A stretch of 64,000 bases of DNA from Octopus sinensis. Lineage: Eukaryota. The notes under the pieces were generated by a model. That model was not told where the DNA came from, searched no databases, and saw only the letters and a list, made by a program, of their open reading frames with translations. A program made the position numbers and the translations under genes. Shown one piece after another: positions 13,592-23,150 of this stretch. The DNA lies in assembly GCF_006345805.1 (NCBI RefSeq), contig NC_043011.1, forward strand, positions 55,502,464-55,566,463. Reading direction: 5' to 3'. Each line of letters opens with the position of its first letter. Within the stretch, counting starts at the first letter, position 1.

Positions 13592-13980
13592 TTCAGCACA
13601 CGATCTCAGATCAAGTCACTCGCTATGCAAGTACATCTCCGTAATTCCTTTTCTGTGGGTTTAGCCAAAAATTACTGTTCGACCGTTCAAAATTTTCTTT
13701 AATCCAAAAATACGTCACAGTTAAACAAAATTATAATAAAAAAGTTCATATAGCGGCTGTGCCCCAGCATTGCCACAATCATAAAGGAGTAAACAATCGG
13801 ACCTAGTGATGACTATTCAACAACTGTTCTGTATCCTTCTATGTAGTGTTAAATGATTCTTTAAAAATTTTTTAAATTGTATTTTTGGAGGATCATACTG
13901 CCAATAAAATCGCGTGTATTTTGTAAAATACTGTCGTTTGTCCACTTAAGTTATTTTCCTTTAATCTGCTTTATTCTATC

Positions 13981-14077
13981 ATTATTATTATTATTATTAT
14001 TGTTATTATTATTATTATTATTAATAATATTATTGTTATTATTATTATTATTGTTATTATTATTATTATTATTATTA

Positions 14078-14112
<35 letters not shown>

Positions 14113-14209
14113 GTTATTATTATTATTATTATTATTAATAATATTATTGTTATTATTATTATTATTGTTATTATTATTATTATTATTATTGTTATTATTA
14201 TTATTATTG

Positions 14210-14295
<86 letters not shown>

Positions 14296-14600
14296 GTTGT
14301 TATTATTATTGTTATTATTGTTGTTGTTGTCGTTGTTGTTATTATTATTATTATTGTTATTATTATTATTATTAATATTATTGTTATTATTATTATTGTT
14401 ATTATTATTATTATTGTTATTATTATTATTATTATTGTTGTTGTTGTTATTATTATTATTATTATTGTTATTATTATTATTATTATTATTGTTATTATTA
14501 TTATTATTGTTATTATTATTAATAATAATATTAATAATAATATTATTATTATTATTATTAATATTATTAATATTATTGTTGTTATTATTATTATTATTAT
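13981..14600. repeat. (ATT/GTT)n trinucleotide array, about 620 bp
   Basis: Directly visible; produces the poly-L and poly-N artefact ORFs. Confidence 0.98.
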
Positions 14601-14960
14601 TCACCGTATTATGGTTACCTCAACTATTTACTTTATTTACAAACTTTTCAAAAAGTGGATTCAAGCTTATGAGAACAAGATAAAAGGTTTAACGATTTGG
14701 GCTGGGAACTTTATCGGATTGTAATAACGAAATACTTTGAAATAAAACCGAAAAAATGTCGTTCAACATTCTTCGTTCTTAGTAGCATGGGAGACAACTC
14801 TGTACACGCTTCCAGATTCGATGGTGGTCGAAGATTCTTTACAAATTGAACAATTCGGAGAAAAATACGTAAAAATATACACGTTGCTGATTTTTAGCCT
14901 TCTGCTTACCAAAGTATGTCATTTCAAGACCCGATACTTAAAGCTTGTTGTTATGTTGAA
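14601..14960 (+). pseudogene. Possible degraded parvoviral NS1 SF3-helicase fragment (copy A)
   Basis: The frame from 14602 reads KLFKKWIQAYENKIKGLTIWAGNFIG...NVVQHSSFLVAWETT...QIEQFGEKYVKIYTLLIFS. This loosely follows the Walker A, Walker B and motif C order, but with stops and degenerate motifs. Confidence 0.3.
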
Positions 14961-14985
14961 CACCTTTTCAAACTCCACCTGCCTA
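14699..14985 (+). repeat. Direct repeat copy A flanking the capsid gene (ends in about 27 nt of LINE sequence)
   Basis: ggctgggaactttatcggattgtaat...gttgaacaccttttcaaactccacctg is repeated at 17215-17560 with roughly ten substitutions by eye. Confidence 0.92.
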
Positions 14986-15114
14986 GGGAGGTGTTTCAGT
15001 AGACACCGCACTGCCATCGATGCCGATGGAGTAAGAGGTGCCCCGCCTAATTATTACATGCTGACATCGATGCAGTTAAGAATATGGAAAGACCAACGCT
15101 GTAGTTACCGCCAC

Positions 15115-15122
15115 TATAAATA
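15115..15122 (+). promoter_or_regulatory. TATA box upstream of the capsid ORF
   Basis: TATAAATA 34 nt upstream of the ATG at 15156; position fits a viral VP promoter. Confidence 0.45.
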
Positions 15123-15155
15123 TAGCACATGGATAACAACAACACATAGGTACGA

Positions 15156-16960
15156 ATGCCACCGATAAGAAAGCATCTCTACCGTGAAACAGAAAGCGGA
15201 GAATTCCATCTACCTGGATACGAGTTCTTAGGACCTGGTACAAATATATGCAAAAGGCGATACGACACTCCATTGAACGCATTAGACACAGCTGCCAAAG
15301 CACTTGGCATCGACTACGCCGATCCTTATAAAGGCACTTGGGAGGCAGACAAAGAATTCGTTCAAAAACGTGTTACCACAAGGTCCAACCGGTATCCTCG
15401 CTGCAGCAGCAATTACTGCAAAACATTATCTCGGACTTGATAACAAATTCAGAAAAACCAACAATAACGATAATACTCCTGTCGATATTAATAATTATTG
15501 CGATCGCAAAAACATGGTTGACAATCAAGAAACTTCGTCAGAGTCCCAACCGTCAAACGGATGGGCAGGAACATCACATGGAACTCCAGTCCCACCTCAG
15601 AGCGACAATTTCATGAGAGAATATACAATCAAGAGAACATTCCGAAACATGGTCAAAACAACTAATATGAACGGTGCTAAAGTTACATTTCAACAATTTC
15701 AAGGCCACTACTGCTACGGTACAGTTTCATCGGAGGATAACATTATCCCTTACTGGCTAACAAGTTGGATCAAGCCCATACACTTCGAACAAAGCATTAA
15801 AACAGCAACCTCATACAGAATCAAATCTATAGGTTTTGAAATAACTGACATTATCGGAGGCGAGTGGACTACACAAAAAAAAAACGAAGAGGTGTTCATG
15901 CAGAGTCCATATCCTATGTTACATAGGACACGGCAACCTCAAATCTATCTCATATATACCAAACGATGGGTTCGCATCTATACAACCAGATACGCCAACT
16001 CAACTAGAACTTCCAAAGTATACGTTCGCTTACTGCGCACCGAAGGAATACGTAAACGAAATTAAAAGTTGCGACAAATTAACTACAGGCACAACATGCG
16101 AAACAAACATTACAAAGCTTCATGACTGGAGAGAAATGCCAAACAAGTTAAAAATACACCAAGGCGATACATACGGCCATATGTGGGAAAACCCGTCTAG
16201 GTTAAAAGTGCCACTCACTAACATATCTCAGAATGATAACTACACGGTTCACAGGTAATTCTCCACTATGGACAATCAGCTAATTCACAAACAAGCATGG
16301 GTTTCCCGTACACATGGGACGGGTGCCTTGACATTGCAACTGCACCCGAACTCGGTGTGGAAGGACAAGTACATCACGAGAGCTTCGGTGAAACTAGAAA
16401 AAGAAAACGTAAAGGAAACAAAGAAGACTTGTGCTATACTGAATACTCGGACATTAATTTCGATCATCAACAACCAGTCAAAGAAGCAGACGGAACGGAA
16501 AAAAATTAGGAGCGGAAACATGGTAACAGCTAACAGGACATTGATAAACAAAGTGCTTTACACTTCAGAAGATCCGCCTCCAATGATACTGGTAAATGTC
16601 CCACCTATCGTTAGACCAAACAGAACTAAAGCACAAACCTACTTCAACTTCGACATCACTTACACCATTCAACTGGAGGCGTACTACGAGGCTATGGTAC
16701 ACCCACAAAAAGTAGCTACGATCAATCCTAGAGTCGCTCAAAAAGCTACTTACACAGGATTTAATTACGATTTGTTCTGCGCCACGCCGCCCCCAGCAAG
16801 GCATTTGCACGGTGTCGCCCCTAAAGGGAAACGTCACGGAAGAACTACTTTTATGGATGCCGAATCATCTGGTGCCACTTCGTCAACAAGTGATCATCAC
16901 ACCCACAAGCGCTGCCACGGTTTTCAACAGCACAGGCCTGATAATCTCATCTATGAATAG
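15156..16960 (+). pseudogene. Endogenous parvovirus-like capsid (VP1/VP2) gene with about four frameshifts
   Basis: N-terminus HLPGYEFLGPGT...PLNALDTAAKALGIDY matches the parvoviral VP1u PLA2 pattern (LPGYxYLGPGN...AAxxHDxxY). It is followed by a possible VP2 start (aacATGG, 15514), then IPYWLTSWIKP..SYRIKSIGFEITDI, LPKYTFAY, LKIHQGDTYGHMWEN and DPPPMILVNVPP..YFNFDITYTIQLE. These parallel parvoviral PQYGY, LRTG.F.F.Y and PPPQILIK..VSVEIEWE in the expected order. Shifts lie near 15360, 15915, 16250 and 16503. Confidence 0.8.
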
Positions 16961-16991
16961 GCGATACTACTCATATCTTCAGATACCAGCG

Positions 16992-17240
16992 ATGGAGACG
17001 CCAACGACAACAACTGCTTCGACAACTAAGGAGTCATTTAATAACCTCGTTGAATCAGAAGACCTACACCCTTGTACTTGGGTCTACAGATTTAATGACG
17101 AGAACGAATTCACATGGGAAGAAGCTCCTTTTATATACAAGGCACAAGAGACTTTCCAATACAAACCAAACCACATCAGGAATTATTTCATCAACATCAT
17201 TACACGACATCCATGGCTGGGAACTTTATCGGATTGTAAT
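16992..17240 (+). pseudogene. Unidentified ORF directly after the capsid stop, possibly the start of a non-structural gene
   Basis: ATG 31 nt after the VP stop: METPTTTTASTTKESFNNLVESEDLHPCTWVYRFNDENEFTWEEAPFIYKAQETFQYKPNHIRNYFINIITRHPWLGTLSDCN. Protein-like composition; no motif I can name confidently. Confidence 0.3.
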
Positions 17241-17560
17241 GTTTCATTTACGAGATTGTAATGTTTCATTTACAGATTGTAATGTTTCATTTACTAAGTT
17301 TGCAACGAAATACATTGAAACATAAACGAAAAAATGTCGTTCAACATTCTTCTTTCTTAGTAGCATAGGAGACAACTCTGTACACGCTTCCACATTCGAT
17401 GGTGGTCGAAGATTCTTTAAAAATTGAACAATTCGGAGAAAAATACGTAAAAATATACACGTTGCTGATTTTTAGCCTTCTGCTTACCAAAGTATGTCAT
17501 TTCAAGACCCGATACTTAAAGCTTGTTGTTATGTTGAACACATTTTCAAACTTCACCTGT
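17215..17560 (+). repeat. Direct repeat copy B, with an internal 3 x 21-22 nt tandem repeat (17232-17295)
   Basis: Same sequence as 14699-14985 plus (gattgtaatgtttcatttac)x3, which copy A lacks; runs straight into the LINE 3' end. Confidence 0.92.
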
Positions 17561-17883
17561 CTAACACCCGTGGACATGTTTACAAAGTCAGAAAACAGCA
17601 CAGCTCCCATGACTTTCGGAAACATTTTTTCACGCTAAGAGTTGCTGAAGCATGGAACAAACTGCCGGCATCAGTTGTTAGTTGTCGGAGCACTGCATCC
17701 TTCAAAACTTCCATGCTTCCTGAGATTCTCCAACAGTACACCTGATTTTCTCCCCTCCATATACACGCAAGCATGTATCTGACTCATACACTGTTCGCTT
17801 CCCAGACATTTGTACATTACTGCATGTACTTTATATGCACTTTTGACAAGTTGTGGTGCACCTGAGCACTGTATACAATAATT

Positions 17884-17946
<63 letters not shown>
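17535..17946 (+). mobile_element. CR1/L2-group LINE 3' end with (ATT)n tail, fused to the viral sequence
   Basis: FKLHLSNTRGHVYKVRKQHSSHDFRKHFFTLRVAEAWNKLPASVV is the typical CR1/L2 ORF2 end (TRGH...F..RV...WN.LP). It is near-identical to 6915-7270 and ends in (att)n at 17886-17945. Confidence 0.88.
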
Positions 17947-17947
<1 letters not shown>

Positions 17948-17995
17948 CTTTCTTTCTTTCAGTGTATTTATATAGGTAAATAAATATTAAGGAAC

Positions 17996-18190
17996 ACCAA
18001 TGGTTCTCAACTGGGGTCCACATGATGCTTGGGGACCCAAATAAGATTTTGTTAAAATTTATCTGCAATAAATACACGAAATATTTTTTAAATACGATTC
18101 TTAATAATATTTAATTATAAAAATAGGATTATTTAAACATGGAATGGTTATGATGGCATATTTAAGTAAAATAGCAATTTAAGGGGTCCA
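17996..18190 (+). mobile_element. Possible hAT-type MITE remnant
   Basis: caatggttctcaactggggtcc resembles CAGTGGTTCTCAAC hAT termini; the other end was not found. Confidence 0.3.
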
Positions 18191-18202
18191 TAATACAATA
18201 GT

Positions 18203-18925
18203 CAGGGACCAGTGACGTACACAGTGAGCACAGGTAGCTCTATAATTTAGGGACCAGTGACGTACACAGTGAGCACAGGTAGCTCTATAATTTAGGGACC
18301 AGTGACGTACACAGTGACCTCAGGTAGCTATACTTTTGAGACCTGTGACATACATTGTGTGCGTAGGTAGCTCTGTACTTTAGGGACCAGTGAACACACG
18401 CGGTGAGCTGAGAGAGCTTTATACTTTAGGGACCACTGACTTACGCAGTGAGCTGAGATAGCTCTGTACTTTAGGGACCAGTGAACACACGCGGTGAGCT
18501 GAGAGAGCTTTATACTTTAGGGACCACTGACTTACGCAGTGAGCTGAGGTAGCTCTGTACTTTAGGGACCAGTGAACACACGCGGTGAGCTGAGAGAGCT
18601 TTATACTTTAGGGACCACTGACTTACGCAGTGAGCTGGGATAGCTCTGTACTTTAGGGACCAGTGACACACGCGGTGAGCTGAAAGAGCTTTATACTTTA
18701 GGGACCACTGACTTACGCAGTGAGCTGGGATAGCTCTGTACTTTAGGGACCAGTGACACACGCGGTGAGCTGAGAGAGCTTTATACTTTAGGGACCACTG
18801 ACTTACGCAGTGAGCTGGGATAGCTCTGTACTTTAGGGACCAGTGACACACGCGGTGAGCTGAGAGAGCTTTATACTTTAGGGACCACTGACTTACGCAG
18901 TGAGCTGGGATAGCTCTGGACTTTA
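18203..18925. repeat. 45-bp minisatellite (about 16 units) grading into a 90/91-bp dimer
   Basis: Units start tttagggacca. From about 18380, two variants alternate (..gtgacacacgcggtgagctgagagagctttatac / ..ctgacttacgcagtgagctgggatagctctgtac). Confidence 0.95.
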
Positions 18926-19481
18926 GACACAATTGTAATGAAAATGTATGTGTATTACATCTTCCAAGAAGTTCGTTCAATCGTCTGTAACTAATCCTTA
19001 AATCTGTTTCATGCAGAGTTGATCACAATGCTTTTGAGATTTTGCTGGATCAGCCATGTATGTTAGACATCTTTAGATAATCCAATTGAACAATTATAAA
19101 AGTCCACAAATTTTGAAATAAATCATCTTTACTTCTTTGATATCTCCCCCACCCCTCTTAATTTTATAATTGCTTTTTTTTGTGATTTATCTTTTGCTAC
19201 CAATAAAACCTTGACTGCCGTCCTCCACTCCAACTTTTATGCTTAATGTTTGCAATAACAGTTTTGTACACACCTTCCACTAAACGAGAGGTCATTGTTT
19301 CTGTTTTACAGGAAATGAACTTTAAAATGTATTTAAAATAGCATTTGCCTATATACTGTATAAAAAAAATTAATTAAAATTTTTTCTTTCTATTTATTTA
19401 TCTATTTATTTATCTAGTTTCAGCTCACTAGCTGTGGCCATGCTGGGGCACCACCATTTAGTGTTGCTACATGGTTTTACT

Positions 19482-19890
19482 TCACGAATGCTTTTTAGAA
19501 AATGCCATTTGGTGCATGAGAGAGTTTGATGCAGCTGCCCTCATCTGCACCTCCTGCCGTGAAGTTGGTTCATCTGGGATACCTGACAAGAAGAGATCCA
19601 GTTTCATTTTACAGACATCTGCATCCACCCCATGCAGGTCTCTTAGGTTCTTCGGGAGGATATTGAAGAGCTGTGGGCCTCGGAAGCTCAGGCTATCACA
19701 GTATCTTGTCCTACATCTTGATGGCAAATTTGGAGTCCTTGGCACTATGCAGTGGCGCACAGTTCTGGCATTTGTGTAACTCTCGATGCCAAAGTTTGGG
19801 ACAAGTCCTTCTAGGATCTTCCAGATGTATATTTTGATAACAAAAAGTAAATTCCTGTTTATATTTCTTTGTGATTTAAACAAAACACAT
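19482..19890 (-). mobile_element. Non-LTR retrotransposon ORF2 C-terminal fragment
   Basis: IYIWKILEGLVPNF...RGPQLFNILPKNLRDL...KMKLDLFLSGIPDEP...AAASNSL is a typical LINE ORF2 terminus. Confidence 0.8.
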
Positions 19891-22800
19891 TAAACAGTTT
19901 TGCAAAATAATAAGCAACTATTTTATTTTGTCTGATAATTCTAAAATCTTTGGTCACATTTGTCCCAATTCAACGTTCATCTTTGCATTACTTGGCATCT
20001 AATTTACTTTCCTGAATATTAATTTTCTTTACTTAATCTTTGTTTACTCACTCATTTGATTTTCATGTTTATTTGCATCAGCAAAATATTTTCTGACAAA
20101 AGCCTTCCTTATTAATTATATTTCTTTCTTGCAACTGGTTTATGGGGCAGCAGGCACCAGCTTTTCACACAATAGCAAGTGTGATATGCAGCTTCTCTCG
20201 GGGATCACCATAAGTTAAATGAACTGGCTTCAAATGATGAATGAAACCACACCAAGGTCTACTTCGTTTGTCATTCTCCTTCCACACCCTGGAGAAATTA
20301 CCCACCCTTTTCTTCCTTTCTTATACTCTATATTCATTATGTTCCCCTTCTTGGACCTCGTGAGTATGTTTTAGTAACTTATGGTCTCCCTGCTAGCCAC
20401 TCTCACTCATTTCCCCATAATTGCAGGAAAGCCATGTATCTCCCTTTACAGCTTCACATCTGTACTTGTTATCCTTCTGTCGTTCTTTAACCTCCAACAC
20501 CTCACATAAAAGCCACCACCTCCTCTCCCAAACACACTCAGATGTGAGGGATTCTCCCTTTCTTGCCTTTCTTTTGAATGTTACTTGCCAATCTCATTGT
20601 TCAGTCATGGAAAAAGTACCCAGTCCACACTGTAAAGCTGGTGCCATTAGGGAGGTCATCCAGCCTTATACAGTATGTTAAAGCAGACGTTTGGGGCCTG
20701 ATGTAGCTCGTTGGGCCCTGTAAAGCTGTCCAACCCATGACAGCATAGAAAACGGATGTTAAATGTTGACAAACCAAAGAGGCTGCCTCACTAGGATTGC
20801 TTAACCTGAAATAGCAGCCAAATCCATGTTACAAAAAGATTAACACAATGAGCCATGTAATTCCTGATATGGCTTCAATGATATGGTCACAGTTGGAATG
20901 GCTTTGATGATGTCCACTGGACCATGTGATTGTGTCCTTCAGTCACTCAACACCTGAAACATAATACTCCCAGCAGCACAAAACATTTTATCAGACTTCA
21001 AGCATGGCAGATATACAGATGCTTCAACCTCAACCTGTTTTGGAACATGGAACTTAGGCTGTCATCAAATCAACCACAAACAGCATTTTTTAAAACCTGC
21101 ACAAAACAATCTTAAATTTCATTGATTGACAATAATTAATTCATTTTAGGGGATGAATCACTCCATAAATATTATATTCAAATTTGGTAATTTCAATGTT
21201 TTAAAAGGCTTCTGGATACTAAAAAAAATTTTTAATGTCTTTCTAAAATATAGTTTCTAGTCTTGATATAAACCATACTCATGCCAACAAAACATTTCTA
21301 ACATGGGAGCTAACCCTGACTTGCCACCAACAAAACCTCTCAAGTATCTTAGTCACACTATAATTGTCTCCCCTGCAGGCAAGCTTTCTATTTATTGAAC
21401 AGCTACCATTAACCTTAACCCTGGGCTTTCGTACTGAACGAAATAAATCAGTCAGCGTATTGCTATTTAATAATGTAACGTTTCTCCAAAGATTTTAAAC
21501 CCATGTGTATCGGAATTGTTTGACATTACATTCGACTGTTAAAATGTGGTCATTATTTAATGTACACTTTCTAATAATCTATAATTTTCCGTCAGCCTTT
21601 CCTTTCGTAACCCTTTAAAGCATCGGGTTAACTGAAATACGACATCATCACTTGTCACATTGCTTAGGTGTTGTCCATGTAGTTTTATTCAGGTTTTAAA
21701 TTTTTACTGGAATTTAAAACCCAAGTCTTAGATAAAAGCATCATAATTAAACGAGCTGCTTAATACCACTTTCTAATATTGCCTAAAGAGCCGTTAAAAA
21801 ATAAAATTATCGAAATTGTGTGGAATAATTACCAGTGAAGCTGATGTAACGCTAATCCTTCTTACAAAAAAGTTAGTGTGAAACTAGCATCTCAGTTCTT
21901 ACATTAGTGTGAGTAATTTCCCTTGACGTTTCTAAAGAAATTCTAATCGTCAATAAAATGATGCACCAACAAAAACGAGGGGACATCTGTACCTTCGTTT
22001 GTACCAGACCCCAAATTCAACTCTTCAATCACGGTTCATCTCGCTTAAATAGTTACCTGGGTGAATCAGTTAGTCATTGAAGCTGCAATAAATTTCAGTT
22101 AATCACGAACCAGTTGCCTAAAAATAAAGGATGCATTTGAGAAAGTAGTCCCAGATGCACTTATCCAACTACGTACGAGTTGGGGTAGGTCCAGGCTGGA
22201 AAGTATATTATCATAGTTTCTGCTCAATGACGGCTGACACCAGGCCTAACAACTTCATGAGTGAATGGTTGTAGAGTTTTTATTGTTACATTACTGAATT
22301 GTAAACCAATGGGGAGACTCAAGAAAACCAACTATTCTAGGATATGAACTTTATTCCTTCCTACAAGACAAAGACATTTTAGACCGTTTATTCACGTCTT
22401 TTAACAGAAGAAATTGTCTTTAGTTTGTAATCATTGGGTGACAGGAGGAATGCACAGAATTTCCCCATAATGACTTAACAGCCATAATCCTTATATGCCT
22501 AATTTTCCATGCTGTCATGTGGATAGATTATCATGAAACCAGTCAATTCTTATTCAGAGTTTTACTCACCTAGATGGGGCTGAAGGATCACATCTAGCTC
22601 ATACTTTGTATGGCTTGATGACCTTAAATCCAATCACTTTACAGAGTGCATGAGATACATTTTATCCTTTCTCTAGCAAAACTAAGGAAGTCTCTGTTCT
22701 ACATTGTCATAGAATCATGTTAAAATAGGCAAGCACAATTCATGCCAGTCTTTTAGGGAAGATCAAATGAGTTGAAATGTAAAGGTACCTCAGGATTTCA

Positions 22801-22975
22801 ACTCAAATATCGTGAAAGCAACTCTTCTGATTTTGCCACAAGTCCATACATAGCAGACTGTTTAGCCCCAGGTAGTCCTGATTAAGACCACACAAAGTTA
22901 TTTCAACTTTGAGTAATCCATTTTGAGGAGAAGTGCAGGAACCTATAGTGTTCGCATTATTCTACCAAAATTAAT

Positions 22976-23150
22976 CCATTTTTATCCACATTGTTTTGAA
23001 CTAATCATTCATTAATCTTGTAGCTGTGAGATTTTGATGAGGTAACTGTTAATTTTTAAAATGATATTGTAGGGTTGGTGTGAGACCAGATCTGGACAGT
23101 TTGAACATAAAACAGGCAGAATACTTTTGGCTGGTTTAAATACTAAAGGG
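22976..23150. mobile_element. Diverged piggyBac-type MITE related to 55296-55515
   Basis: tactaaaggg|ttaa right end; interior is similar to the reverse complement of the 55296 element. Confidence 0.45.

Noticed and set aside
13877-14683. 268-aa poly-Leu and 217-aa poly-Asn ORFs
   Set aside because: They are translations of the (ATT)n array.
14983-15075. Small palindromes (ccatcg-atgc-cgatgg, catcgatg, ggtgt..acacc) as remnants of a viral terminal hairpin
   Set aside because: Stems of 5-6 bp are expected by chance and are far shorter than parvoviral telomeres.
15156-15440. PLA2 as a host phospholipase or Polinton/adintovirus gene
   Set aside because: It has no introns or disulphide-rich pattern, and it continues into capsid-like motifs. 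No polB, integrase or double-jelly-roll genes are nearby. Only an HMM search can exclude this fully.
18510-18980. 156-aa repetitive ORF and a CRISPR-like look of the 45-bp array
   Set aside because: The units are contiguous with no unique spacers, there are no cas genes and the context is eukaryotic. The ORF is a by-product of the repeat.
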